Source of the DNA: Octopus sinensis | Lineage: Eukaryota | Assembly (NCBI RefSeq): GCF_006345805.1 | Contig: NW_021833761.1 | Coordinates: 1-55,378 of the forward strand | DNA: 55,378 nt | Reading direction: 5' to 3' | Shown here: positions 38,369 through 52,242 of the stretch, piece after piece | Layout: each line of letters begins with the position of its first letter | Position numbering within the stretch: position 1 is the first letter of the stretch | Translations under genes and position numbers: made by a program | The notes under the pieces: model-generated | Seen by the model: only the letters and a program-made list of their open reading frames with translations | What the model was told of the DNA's origin: nothing | Database searches by the model: none

Positions 38369-39792
38369 ACTTGAACTCAACACTAGATACTACGAACCAC
38401 GCTTTATCTGCGTGTTCTAAATTCTATATGTTTCATTAACGAAGCACTAGAATCATAGAATATTCTTGCTACATCAATGAGTTATACTTACTTCATGGTT
38501 TCTTTGATCATTAAGTGGAACAAAAGCGCAACAGAAAATGATGAGCTTAGTTGTTGACATGATACGAACTATCGACTCTCCGCTGCAAGTCCACCACCCC
38601 AATAGTTCGATTACCTGACGTTCCTATAGTTGCTAAAATTTACCTTTATATAAGCCGTGAATATATTCCGAATATGTGTGCGTGAGTGTGTGTGTGTGTG
38701 TATGTACATGTGCAAAACCAGTCTTTAAATCAATGTAAATAACCCACAATATATCATTACTTGTCTTCTAATATATATATAATATTATAGATATTGACTA
38801 GATATTAGCTGAAGTTCAATCGGCTTTATCGTGATAATTACTTAATCAAGTTGTTTACTCTACTGAGGAAGATATCCAATACTCATAATCAAATTATATT
38901 GAGATACGGTGTAGGAGGAGCTAATTAATTATTTCAATTTAATAATTGTCTATTTGATCAGATGCCCGCCTCTAAGACAGAAGCGTTAATGGGAAATCTA
39001 ACTAACTCTATCATGTATTGAATTAGTGTTATCGTCCCTCGGATATTCCAGGCATGGTAATGAATTCATTATTTAATCCTTAAAGTGAATTATATAGCGG
39101 GAAAAGCATTGGAAAGTTATTGTTTTTTTCTTTTTCATTTTTAAAAAAAATATTTGATTTGATTCAGTCATTGAGCTGCGGCCATGCTAACATACTGCCT
39201 TTATAGTCTGTTAGTTTTGGGTGGTTCTTCGTAGTTTTTTTTTAATACTAGGGGTAATGGTAAATAACATTTTATAAAGCTCAGAACCACACTTTAATTA
39301 TAATCCACTCCAGAATGTCTTGGTAAAAAATTAGCTTATAGTATTTAAGAGTAATATCCAGTTTTTAGAGGATTCTTATGACCTTTAAAGTCGAAATAAT
39401 ATTAAAGTCAGGCAGAATGTTCTTAATTTGTATGTATGCGAGGTGTTTTTAAACATAGTATTCAAATTTCAATGTTCAGTTTCTACTGACAATTTTGAAA
39501 AGCCATCAGTAGTGTGTTAACCTTTTCTCATATCTATTATTTATAGGGCGTCACAACGTCGCAGCCTGCTATCATTTAGCTACAGATCTCTCACCTAGTT
39601 AATTATTGAAATAACTTCCGCTGGATCCTATAGCTGTTTGTAGTTTAACATGTCTCCGGGGACAGCTTCAAAGGCAGGAAAATGAAATAACAAATGACTT
39701 TCTGAAGTCTAAAGTAGATGTTGTCAGTTTACACATAAACATATATGCTTAAACTGGCTACACGTAGGTGTGTCTGAGAATGTATCAGCTTT

Positions 39793-39866
39793 TGTGGGAG
39801 GGCAGAAATATGTGTGTGCGTGCGAGTGTGTGGGAGGGCAGAAATATGTGTGTGCGTGCGAGTGTG
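39793..39866. repeat. 36-bp tandem duplication
   Basis: TGTGGGAGGGCAGAAATATGTGTGTGCGTGCGAGTG twice. Confidence 0.92.
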
Positions 39867-41576
39867 TGTGTATGCATGTGTGAATAATTTAATTATTGCA
39901 AAGTTATATTAGAATCTTCCAACACAAAAATACATGAGATGTCATCACCATTTAGACATTGGCATATAGAATTCTAATGTATTTGCGAAGCACTTTATCT
40001 CTCTATAATTTATATACATTAAAAGAAAAGGAGAGAGGAAGAGAGAGGAGAGAAGAGAGAGGGAAGTGGGCAGAATAAGTTAGGGAAAGAAGAAGCTTTA
40101 CAAATAAGAAAGCATTTAATTTATATGAAATTTAACTCTCTCTTTGCAGGTCGGTTTAAGAGATACTCTGTAATATATAGCGGAAATATAAGTATGGAGA
40201 TATATGTCAGAATTTACTATGCTGTCATCGTAGACAAAATAGAAACTGTTGCTCTATTCACAACAGTTGTGGCTTTCAGAACTGAAAACCATAAACACCG
40301 GAACTAAAAGTTAAATTAAGCCTTTAAGTATAACAATGGGTGGCAATGCTTGTCTAATTGAATGGGGTTGGTCGGATTGATATTTTCTCTTCAACGGAAA
40401 CGAGTGGTGCAGCTTTAAAGAGTACACACTAGATAAAGATTTTAGTAATAGGAACCATTGTTAGCTTTTTTAAAAATTGGGTGCTTTTCCTATCAAACAA
40501 GTAACTTTTCACTGCTGATTTCGTGGCCGCGAGGGTGTACAACACACATAAATCCTTTGTGGCTTATCTATGCTGGATATGTTATTCTTAATGTTTCGCG
40601 TCCATCTAAAACCTCACCACACACTTCATGGAGCTCTGAGTCTAAAACATTTTCTGTTAGCCCCAACTTTCTGTATGGCATTTATAGAATGTTTATCAGT
40701 CATTCTTCTATAATTGTCAATTACTTCGAAATACGTAGAGGAATGGTGGATATAATGAAACTTTTTCCCCGAATTTTCATCTTCATCATATTTGTTATTA
40801 TTCATATAATGGTTGGATTTCATCAAACAATCAATTTTGTCGTTTCACCTTTACTTGTAACACCCCATAGATATTATTAATGTTAGTGAGTCTAAGACAG
40901 CCATTATATGTCAGCATATCGCATTGGGAACGATGCATATTCTGTTGATGAGTATCATGGAGTCAATGCTCTTATTCTCGAAGTTTGAACATTTCCATTC
41001 CACTTTGGCACTAAGATGGTCTAAGTATATATTAGACTACGGTCTTGCAGGATACTAAAATACTTAGAAATCTGGTGGCGTTTCACCTTTGTTCCAGACG
41101 ATAACATTATGTGTGCTTCTTTAATTTTTCGATGTAGTGCAGAAATCCGTGTTTTAAGAGGATTAAAAATTAAATCAACTTTATAGCTTAAACTACTTAA
41201 AGTGGTACATGTGGGTTCTTTTTTGGGGGGGGGGATACTCTTGGCATAATATGCATAAATCATCGGCTAACTTGAAGCATTTAGTATTACTGTATTTTCC
41301 GGCATAAAAGTTGACTTTTTCGAGCCAATAAATTAAAACCATGCAAGATAATCGATTTAAGTCTAAAAGGTGTAATCATAACTGCGTTCATTTCGAGAAG
41401 GAAGGTTACAGGAAACTTTTCTGAGGTCATGGAACACACCTGAGAAATACAGCGGGATGTTTGTGTAATCTTAGTGTTCACATCTTGTGGCTATTCTACA
41501 ACCCTGATAGAGTAAGGTTATAGCGAAAGATATTTCAATCATAATCATGCGGTCTTTTCATAGATATTGAGGACTA

Positions 41577-41804
41577 CCGTAAATCTTCGAGTATAGTCCG
41601 CCCTTGAGTATAATACGCAGCTTAAGGCATTTTCGCGCCCGACATCACAAAATGCGTCTGAATAAACATCGCCGGACAGCAAATAGAGACTCGGACATTG
41701 CTTAGAAAATGTTTTTCATTTTTAACCTCGTATATAGCACGCACTAGGGATTTTGACCTTTAAATTTTGGGGGAAAAATGCGGATTATGCTCGAGGATTT
41801 ACGG
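41577..41804. mobile_element. pogo/Tigger-like MITE (228 bp)
   Basis: 25-bp TIRs: CCGTAAATCTTCGAGTATAGTCCGC versus reverse complement CCGTAAATCCTCGAGCATAATCCGC; TA on both sides. Confidence 0.88.
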
Positions 41805-41893
41805 TATATTATTTTGTTTCTTTTATCATTAGATAAGATGGTAGCTTGTGATTCGAGCGAAATTTTTCTGCTTTTCTAGTAGGTTAAGTAACC

Positions 41894-42169
41894 ATGTAGA
41901 GTAGTGGCTCTCAATAAGTTGTTTTTTTTGCCTCTGGACCCCTTGAATCTTATTTTACTCTACTGACCTCTATAGCCAATTCGATGCATATAAAAAAAAA
42001 TATCCCACTGTATTTTAATAATTAAATATTAGGAATTGTATTCAACAGCTGTTAAAATTTTTTGCTTATTGCAGAATTATAAATAATTTATTGCACGTAA
42101 ATTTTAACAACAAAATCTTATATGGAGACCCAAGGGCCATATGCATCCCGGTAGAGAACCACTCTACAT
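41894..42169. mobile_element. hAT/Charlie-like MITE
   Basis: AGTGGCTCTC..GAGAACCACT termini, subterminal GGACCCC-like motifs, AT-rich interior. Confidence 0.65.
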
Positions 42170-45100
42170 TTCAGAGGTTCTCTCTCGCAGAGAGTTTGGA
42201 ATCTGGGAGCGTAGAGAGAAACAGATTTTTGTTTAAAAGATATGCTGCTGTCCAAGGGAACAAGACTGCTTCCACCGATGTTTTGCAGTGGCTACAATTT
42301 AATGAAATGGCATGCTATAGTAGAACTGGTCATGATGAATAGGTACACGCCATAGATACAAAAAAATAGAAAGCACACGCTCAATTTAAGATGATATCGG
42401 AGTTAATCCCTTATCAGATTCAGCGTTTTCTCTATTCAGGATTTCTAAAGCAAATTTTTAACTAGTTTACCCATGAGCTATTTAAGATTATTGCAAAGGT
42501 AATATATTCTACTTCTATTAAAATATGCGGGGCCGTATCTAATGTTCGTAGAAAGTGTGTGCAGATATATTATGCTGTGCACTGCACTTATTCTCTATGG
42601 AATGTATGCGCACACTGAATGTTTGTGCAAATGTAAACTTGAAATTACAGCATTATTAATTAGAAAATCATATTTCATAAATAATAGATTATCAAATGTG
42701 AAGTTCACAATCTGTAACTGCGCAGAAATCAGAAGTTGACAATAGCTGTGTTTCAACTTCAGGAGACCGTTCGTCTATGTGAAAACACAAAGACGATTTC
42801 TAACAGTCAGCAGCATACTTGTATCTCTTGATACGTTCTCTGGATAACAGACACAGCTAAGAGATTACTTTCGATAAATATAGTTTCTAATTATAGCTCC
42901 GTTAGCCAACTATTTCTTCTATGCATAAAATATTTAATTTTGTGTGCTGGTTGCAATACGTATGTGCACGCATGCGCACACGAACGCAGCTTGAAGGAAC
43001 AGTTGTTAATATTATTGTAAGTGCATTGTATGCATGATATGTCCCTAGTAATATATGCAACGTGCGGCGTGAGATTTGAGTGTTTAGGGTTATGTACATG
43101 ATAATATGATAATTATTGTATACCTGTAAATGTGTGTATAGTGTATAAGGTAATGCATATGTACATGACTTACTTTCTACTTAGACATTGATTTCCAGTT
43201 GATGAAAAGCAATGTACAATACAGAGTTAGATAACTGTTTCAGTTCATGTATGGAAGCACAGAGACTGTGTGTCCCTATTTGCTTACGAATGTGTATCTA
43301 CATTTGCATGTCTGCCTGTGCGTGCCTTCGTACTTGCGTGTATTTGTGTGCGTGCGTACGCTCGAGTATATATGTGTGTACGTAGGTGAATGCTTATGTG
43401 CGACAGCGAGTGTTCACGCACGCGTGCATGGAAAGTGGAACTGGATATAAATAATGATAGATTCTGGAATATAAATAGAATACGGAATAACATTCTATTG
43501 AAGCAATAATGAATTTCTGCTGTGAATAGAAAACGATGTTGTAAAACCATTCTAAAAATTGCATCATAGCAAAATTGCTTTCCTAAATATTTGTGAAACC
43601 TATTAATGTCTGTGTGTGTGTGTGTGTGAGTGTGTATGCATGTGTGTGTGCGCGCGCGCGTTTGTGTGTAGTAGGCCCTATGACGATACTGTTGTGGTCA
43701 TTCCAGTGACGAAACTCGATAAGCTTTCAAGTCTTTTTAGTGCTTCTGTGACATTGACTGTAATTCAATTTCTGTTGATTTTCACATCAGATTCAAGATG
43801 CGATGCCTTTGAAATAGAATAGCTATCATAACATTACCGAGAAAGCTAAACTGAACGCTTTCTAAACGGTCCGTTTAATTATTGGAATATGTTATCGAAT
43901 ACGCAAGTTTTTATTGATTTTTATGTCATTCCGCAATTGAAACTTCACGTTTGTCATTTTATTTCGTTCTTTCGCCTCGCAGCAAAATACGAGCTTCTGA
44001 ATAATAATTATTCGTCTGGCCTCTTCGGTTACCTTTCAGAAACAACCACTGGTCACCAGCAAAGGTGTTAGCGATAGGCTTCCTCGTTATTCCTCGACTA
44101 CAATGTCCTATACTTGGCAAGTGTTATCAACCTCAGCAGTTTTCTTCTCATCAATTCCATCTTTTTGGGAAGTATTTAGAAATTCCTTTACTAATTTCGA
44201 TCTTTAATCTTTTCAAAGTGAGCAGGCTGATAAATAGATAACAATATTGGGCTCTAGGCAGAGTGGGGGGGGGGGAATGGTGCGACTAGTTCCGTAGGAG
44301 CAAGAGAGGAATAATAAAAGAAATAAAGCAGAAAAATAAGTAGAAAGACAGATATTTAGCAGCGACAAGGATTCTTGGCAGAGTTATTATTGACATGAAT
44401 GCCAAGACAAATTGAGGCTGTCATAGATTTTAAGGGCTACTGTTATATTTCATGCCAGTTACCTATTCTACTGAATTATTGCTCTGCCCTATTAGATTTT
44501 CCTTGCTCATTTCACTTGTCTCATTACCTTTTTATTGCTTTATGTTCTATTGGCTGACCAGAAGTATCAAATTATGTTTCAGGGTTTTCTCTTCTCTTCC
44601 TGTTTCTCAAATATTCTATTTTGTGGCTACTTTGTATTTACGCAGAGGCTACGTTTGATTCCGAGCGGTCATAAAATCTCCATTACACAATTCAAAATGG
44701 AATGTTCTCATCGGCATTCTACTTTATCACTTCAACTAATATACGTCAGTGAATAATAAAATAGGTCTCCGATACAACAGAACTAACCCGTGTCGACTAA
44801 TCAACTCTTCAGTAATCATGCTGAAATGAAAATGATTTTAGATTATTATATTAAAAATCTAAATGCGTAAATAGATGTTCAAGTCAGTGAAGCACTACAT
44901 ATATTCTTTCTGCTGTTTCTCAATGAACTAATAGACAGGTTGCTTGATATATCAAGCATAGAACAATACGGGGAAGCCAAACGCGAACCTCTATTAAGCT
45001 TAAGCAAATAAATGAGAATGTTCTGAACCGTTCTCTGTCAGAAGACTTTCACAGAGCCAGATTATAACAAATCACAATGTTTTAAATAGTATTGTTGTTT

Positions 45101-46684
45101 GTATTATTTCAAGTCGCTTTAATCAGAATTCTCGAATTATAAACGTAAACTATTTTTCTGCGTTTCCCTTCAAGTTTTATTGATCACTAATCAGTTTATA
45201 GAAAATAATATCGATATCCAAGCTATTTGTTTAAAATTGCTTCTTTGTAAAATCATACGATTTCATTTTGATAACTTCTGTTGGCAAACAAATATTGAAG
45301 TCATTGTGACATTTTCGGCATTACTCTTCTTTCAATTACAATTACTTAAAGGGCTCTTTAGGCAATAAAAATAGCTCCAAACCTCGTAATCATGTTTCGT
45401 CGAAACAAAACTATTAATCATGCGCTTTTAATCTCGGAGGGGAACTTTTCAAAGTGATGAGATTGGTGTTGGGATAATAACTATTCTATTTTTAAAAGAT
45501 GCAAACACTCATCTGTTAATATTTAGCGAATGAAAGTTGTGTGTGATTAGCGGAGATTACACGATAGAAATAAGCTAAGTTCGGGATTTCGTATGTCGTA
45601 ATGAAGCGTATAATAAGTAGTTAATGGCTGATAGACATAAGCCGAATCCCTTAAATAAGAACACAATGTTTTGCCCTGTATTACTGGACTCCATCATTAT
45701 GTCAGCCAAACTGAGTATTTTAGGATCTGTTTCTGTGTATTTATTTTTAATTTCCTAATTTCTAGCTTCGTCTACGAGCGTCTTGTGTTGTGTTTAAGCT
45801 TATCGTATTATAGGACCAAATTAGTCACAGAATTACTAAAACTATGTTTATAACTTTACTTAATATCACTCGATAAAATATTTAAAATTCTGCTCAGCCT
45901 GTTGCTGATGCTTGTGCTGGTGGTAGTCTCAAAAATGTCTTGTATACAAAATGCTGGTTATTTTGATAAAAACTATTTGTAAACTCATAACTGAAATTCT
46001 GAAATAATGTGCAAACGAACAAACATAATGTTTTGGGATAAATATTTATATGTTTGTCTCTGTTACGAGGTGTGTTCATACGTACGCATATTCTCTCACA
46101 AATTCTTTATCTGATCTCTGTATTTATAGTCTAATTGCAAAAGTTATGCAAAAGGAAACCTATTTGAACTATTGCGTTTGATAACTGGGCTCATTAGTCT
46201 CACAACAGTTGTCTGATTTTAATTTACATTCATCAAAAGCTTGCTGAGTTCCACAAATTTTACCCTCCCGTTTGGGCTGACATAACAGACTATGACAGTC
46301 TAATGAGATGAGGAATTCGGTTTAGCTGGTGAAATACATTGTCCTTCGTTAGTGAATGTACTTGATCACCTCGCACACAGTACTTACTAACCAGTGCTTT
46401 AATCTATCATCTTTATTCTAATCTACAGAACTTTGTCCTCTTCCACATTCCCCTGTTTTCAGTTCATTTGAAGATTTATCAACAATTTCGAAAATGTGAT
46501 TAATATATTAGTCATAAATGCTGTCTTTATCTACAAGAGTAGAAAATATTCTGTTGCAGATTGTACTTCTTCATCTAGCCAATCTTCTCAACTGCCTTCA
46601 TACCAATACCTGATTCGATATATTCATTGTCATTCATATAAAATGGAATACTCAAAACACCCTTTCTCTCTCTTAACCAGTCTT

Positions 46685-46802
46685 CGTAGGCTTGAAACGT
46701 GAAAGACTTTTTCTATTTCTATTCCTGAGCGCTATACTAATACATTTGTTTGTTTGTACTCCACCTGCCTTCGTCTTTTGTTTATTTTCGTAAACTTTCC
46801 CG

Positions 46803-46803
<1 letters not shown>
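46685..46803 (+). mobile_element. 5'-truncated copy of the 2250/51720 cassette
   Basis: CGTAGGCTTGAAACGT..TTCCTGAGCGCTATACTAATAC..GTACTCCACCTGCCTTCGTC, then (TA)n. Confidence 0.85.
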
Positions 46804-46872
<69 letters not shown>

Positions 46873-47141
46873 ATATATACTAAGCAATAAAGGGTTTAGC
46901 AACGAATTGCCTTACCACATACCGAATTTAGAAATAGCAGTCAAAGAGTTATAGCTATTTCTTCTACTAAAAAGGGAGATCTCAGTAAAAACAGCAATTG
47001 GAAGGCAGACACAAACAGGTAAGAGAGAATGAATTGACGGCAATCTATCATACAATTTTAAGTTATCTACGGACGCACGTTTCGAAATCAAGTTTTTAGG
47101 AAAGCATAAGAATTAAATATTAAATAATTCTACCTTACCAA

Positions 47142-47479
47142 AACGGAACAGCCTGCTCGTGAAATTAACGTGTAAGTGGCTGAGCACTCCACAGACACGT
47201 GCACCCTTAACGTAGTTCTCGGGGGATATTCAGCGTGACACAGAGGGTGACAAGGCCGGCCCTTTGAAATACAGGTACAACAGAAACAGGAAGTAAGAGT
47301 GAGAGAAAGTTGTGGTGAAAGAGTACAGCAGGGATCACCACCATCCCTGCTGGAGCCTCGTGGAGCTTTTAGGTGTTTTCGCTCAATAAATACTTAATAA
47401 ATACTCGGTCTGGGAATCGAAACCGCGATCCTATGACCGCGAGTCCGCTGCCCTAACCACTGGGCCATTGCGCCTCCAC
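47142..47479 (-). mobile_element. Chimeric SINE: family B head plus tail type 2
   Basis: 47290-47479 matches the head of 679/26752; 47142-47280 matches the tail at 9670-9800. Confidence 0.88.
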
Positions 47480-47763
47480 TAGCAGATATATACTTGTTTT
47501 CTACGTTAGGTTTTTTTTATGTAAATTTCAAATTATCGAACTAGTGTGGTAATTTTTTATATTCTATTTGTATAAACAAAATTAGTTATACAATGGCGTC
47601 GCTCTTGGTTGAACGAATGAAAGTCTAACATCAAATTTCGTTTGGCGCTTCTTTTTGCTAGTGTTTTTTAACAACTAAAAGTTTTTCAGATGTTCAGTTA
47701 GTATTTCACCATTTGAATTACCTTAATAATGTGTTGACATAAATTTTCGTACATATGAATTTC

Positions 47764-47799
<36 letters not shown>

Positions 47800-47894
47800 C
47801 ATTTAAATAATGAGGGAGATAAATTGAATATTAATTTAATTAATACCTATTTAAAACCAGTAGCCTAGCATACACATGTACTAGCCCTTTAAAT

Positions 47895-47953
<59 letters not shown>

Positions 47954-48499
47954 GAATTAGAGATAATACCACTATTATGCAACTCAAACAGTGATAGACA
48001 TGAACCAATACATAAATAACAAATATATATATATATTTTATATTTTATTTTTATTTTATTTTTTAAATATATAACTGATAACTAGATCTCGAAAGGTATA
48101 AAATGAACGATAAATGTATGTATGTATGTATGTATGCATGTATATGTTAATTCGATTGAAACAATTGTTGGATTTTTAAGGTGTGATCTAAAATACAGAT
48201 ACTTGACTTTTTTCGTACATAAAATTGATTGTTAACTTTTCCGTAATTTAAAAAACTGTTATATTCGGCTGCAGTCAAATTTTCTTTACAATCATCTGCT
48301 GTGATTCATATAATTACTATTACGACTAATTTTTCTAAAGTCAACTTTAGGTTTCGTCTCCTCCTGGGGTCGATGAAACAAGGACCAGTCAAGCGCTGAT
48401 GTTGATTGTATCATCTCAATTTTCCTCTGAAATGGTAACCTTCTCCCAATGTTAGAGAACAATTTATATTTACACCAATCCATTATTATGTGTATAAGT

Positions 48500-49326
48500 A
48501 TGCATACTTGTATGTATGCATGTAAGCATGTAATTCATGTATGTAAGCATGCATGTGTGTATGTGTGTATGTGTGTATGTGTGTATGTATCTATGTATGT
48601 ATGCATGTATGTATGTATGGATGTATGCATGTATGCATGTATGTATGTATGTATGTATATATGTATGTATGTATGTATGTATATATGTATGCATGTATGT
48701 ATGTATGTATGCATGTATGTATGTATGTATGTGTGTATGTATGTATGTGTGTATGTGTATATATGTATGCATGTATGTATGTATGCATGTATGTATGTAT
48801 GTATGCATGTATGTATGTATGTATGTATGTGTGTATGTATGTATGTATGTATGTATGCATGAATGTATCTATGTATGTATGTATGTATGTATGCATGCAT
48901 GCATGCATGTATGTATGCATGCATGTATGTATGTATGTATGCATGTATGTATGTATGTATGTGTGTATGTATGTATGTATGTATGTATGTATGTGTGCAT
49001 GTATGTATGCATGCATGTATGTATGCATGTATGTATGTATGCATGTATGTATGTATGTATGTACGTATGTATGTATGTATGTATGTATGTATGTGCGTAT
49101 GTATGTATGTATGTATGTATGTATGTATGTATGTATGTATGTATGTATGCATGTATGTATGTATGTATGTATGTATGTATGTATGCATGCATGTATGTAT
49201 GTATGTATGTATGTATGTATGTATGTATGTATGTATGTATGCATGCATGTATGTATGTATGCATGTATGTATGTATGCATGTATGTATGTATGTATGTAT
49301 GTGTGTATGTATGTATGTATGTATGT
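48500..49326. repeat. About 830-bp degenerate (TATG)n/(CATG) array
   Basis: Direct reading; generates the MYVC/HTYI ORFs. Confidence 0.97.
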
Positions 49327-49329
49327 TAG

Positions 49330-49491
49330 GACCACTTTCATCAAACAAAAGCAGAAAAGGAAACCTTTGCAAATAAAGCTGTCACTAAATTCACTGTTCT
49401 TGAAAGCGAAAATATTAAAGTCGTTCTATTATGCAGCCATGGAACAATGCACATCGAAAGGCAATCTCACACTTCGTTGTCAGCTCCAAAG
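49330..49491 (+). other. Weak candidate internal exon (162 nt, phase 0-0)
   Basis: TTAG|GAC...AAG|GTAATT; open 54-codon frame DHFHQTKAEKETFANK..LSAPK; no recognised homology and no polypyrimidine tract. Confidence 0.15.
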
Positions 49492-50740
49492 GTAATTCCT
49501 GTTGTTTACATTTTTAGTCTTATGAAGATTTCTTTTTATGGCATCTTCTAATGATTTCGAAATACAATGCAGCAGGAAAACGTTTGAAATCTCGCTGCAA
49601 GGTGTTCAAGTATCGCATTGTAAATATAAATGCTGTTGCATCGTGAGACGCATATTTCAATAATCTAAACTCTAAATCTGTGTATGTGTGCATGTGTATG
49701 TATGGGCGTGTGTATGTATGTGTGTGTGCGTGCGTGTGTGTTATAGCATAGCTTAGTATTCTTTTCTATATATTGTAGGTTAAGCCTAAGTATGGTTTTA
49801 TTTCAAATGTATCTAAAATCTATAAAAGTAAATACTGTTAAATATAATTATATTCAACCTTTAGTTGTAACTTTAATTTCACAAATTCCTGCTCTGTCCG
49901 ACGGCCTATAATGAAAAAACATGCCCTACTTCATGAAGGCTTCGAGATCTCACAATGTTATGGGTTAATATGATAGTATACGATAATATTCTTATCATAA
50001 GAGAACATTAGTTCAAGGCTCGAGTGCATCTCCAAGGTGTTATACATTTATAACAGAGGCGATTTCTTAATATTAGCATAAACCTGTGTGTCTGTCAAGA
50101 TATTTAAAGATGGTAGCAAATCCGATACTTGAGATAATACGGAAAACTGATATAGATGCGATAACAGGACAGTCTAAAGGCATTATTGAAGACGTGTGAT
50201 AATAATAAAACTGCGAAATGTGTTGTCTTTATTATGACTTTGATAACGGTATCCTTGTAGATATAAATTTCTACACGGTTTGCATTCTACTCAGTATGTA
50301 TACTGTATTAGGAAAACCATACTTAAATATATGTGTGTATATGTATGTAAATATATAAACATGCATACGAAACACGTAAACACATATACACATATACTCA
50401 TATATCAATATAGATATAATGAGTATATAGGGATAAATTATTCAGGCAGGTACCGTACGAGCACTCAAGTACAGACAGGGTTCAGACTATCTGCATCAAA
50501 CGGAAGGAAGCACCTAGGATTGCTTAGGGCAAGCAATCCCATTGTAATTCATCTGGTGGGTGAATCCTGGGTTCACTTCACTGGATTATGAATATTTACG
50601 CGAGTGTAAATCAAAGACAATTATAAAGAATACAAAGACTGTTTTTTTTTCTTTTAATAATTTATATATAATTAACTGTGAAAATAAAAATTAAAAGAAA
50701 ATAAGCATGAAGATGTACCAGTGTACATAATATATGTATG

Positions 50741-50807
<67 letters not shown>

Positions 50808-50821
50808 TTGTGTGTGTGTGT

Positions 50822-51105
50822 GGAGGCGCAATGACCCAGTGGTTAGGGCAGCGGACTCGCGGTTGGAGGATCGCATTTTCGATTCCCAGACCGGCCGTTG
50901 TATGTGTTTATTGAGAGAAAACACCTAAAGCTCCACGGTTGGTGGCGAACCCCTGTTGTACTTTTTCGCCCCAACTTTCACTCTTTCTTCCTGTTTCTTG
51001 AGTAACACTGCGATGGACTGGCATCCCGTCCAACTGGGGGGGGGGACACATACGCCACAGAAGCCGGGAAACCGGGCCCATGAGCCTGGCTAGGCTTGAA
51101 AAGTG
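50822..51105 (+). mobile_element. SINE: family B head plus tail type 4 (V-domain-like)
   Basis: Head as in 679; then CTGCGATGGACTGGCATCCCGTCCA, resembling the V-SINE central block. Confidence 0.8.
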
Positions 51106-51114
51106 CGAGAAAAA

Positions 51115-51500
51115 AAGAGAAAAAAATATATGTATATGCGTGTGTCTGTGTGTGTAATGGTCTTGAGAGCGTAGAAACTCAGAGTATTTCCATTGCAGTA
51201 CTCAATCTATACTCTGGAATTAGAGTTTCGAGGAAGATCGAAATTTCGCTGGTGAAGAACATTCAAGTACTACAGGTGCAAATCTAATGTGTGGGTCAAG
51301 TGAAGAGAAAAAAATATATGTATATGCGTGTGTCTGTGTGTGTAATGGTCTTGAGAGCGTAGAAACTCAGAGTATTTCCATTGCAGTACTCAATCTATAC
51401 TCTGGAATTAGAGTTTCGAGGAAGATCGAAATTTCGCTGGTGAAGAACATTCAAGTACTACAGGTGCAAATCTAATGTGTGGGTCAAGTGAAGAGAAAAA
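51115..51500. repeat. 188-bp tandem duplication, apparently perfect
   Basis: 51115-51302 matches 51303-51490; AAGAGAAAAA at all three junctions. Confidence 0.95.
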
Positions 51501-51719
51501 TATAATCCAATTAAGAGACAGAGAAAGATATAATTGTTTCGGTACCACCCTGTTTCTTACGACATTACACAAAAGTTCCGTGCGATAAGTTGCCTAATAT
51601 TTGTGGTTTTATATATACATGAGCATGAAACTTCATCAGGCTTGAATAAATAGCTCAGAAACAATGGCAACCAGATATTAAAATCATTCGTTGTTTATTT
51701 ATTTGGATCTTTCTCTCTC

Positions 51720-51911
51720 TGTTGAATCGCTAGCTTCTGCACGCATTGTTTCTCTCCGTGTTTCTTTTCTGTGTATCTTTCTGTTGAAGAGCGTAGGCTC
51801 GAAACGTAAAAGACTTGTTTTATTTATATTCCTGAGCGCCATACTAATACAATTGTTTGTTTGTACTCCACCTACCTTCGTCTTTTGTTTATTTTCATAA
51901 AGCTTCCCGTT
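51720..51911 (+). mobile_element. PLE-terminus-like cassette with minimal hammerhead variant
   Basis: TCTTT-CTGTTGA-A-GAGC-GTAG-GCTC-GAAAC-GTA-AAAGA (51776-51813); copy of 2250-2460. Confidence 0.78.
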
Positions 51912-52005
51912 ATATACATACATACATACATACATACATACATACATACATACATACATACATAACATACATACATACATACATACATACATACATAACA
52001 AGAAA

Positions 52006-52130
52006 TGGCTCTGACGAAAGTAGCATTAATCTTTTTAGATCGTTCAATTTTTCTCAAATGATAAATAGACCAATTGAGTAAACCTACCAGTACCGTACCT
52101 TTAATGGCTACTGGAAACAACTGTGAATCA
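52006..52130 (+). ncRNA. Degenerate hammerhead motif with a loop II of about 70 nt
   Basis: CTGACGA at 52011-52017, stem II AGTAGC-ATTAA/TTAAT-G-GCTACT, GAAAC-AACT-GTG; triplet and stem I decayed; AATAAA and (TA)n follow. Confidence 0.55.
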
Positions 52131-52189
52131 ATTTTACTCTAATAAAGGAAAATATGTAATGACCTTTATTCATATCTTGTCTTATATAT

Positions 52190-52238
<49 letters not shown>

Positions 52239-52242
<4 letters not shown>

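Noticed and set aside
40330-41290. 140-aa ORF and possible transposase remnant
   Set aside because: No diagnostic motifs recognised on either strand.
42175-42290. FLFKRYAAVQGN resembling an RLE-retroelement C-terminus
   Set aside because: Too short and diverged to call.
48449-49495. 200-280 aa ORFs in several frames
   Set aside because: (TATG)n has no stop codon in any frame; simple repeat.
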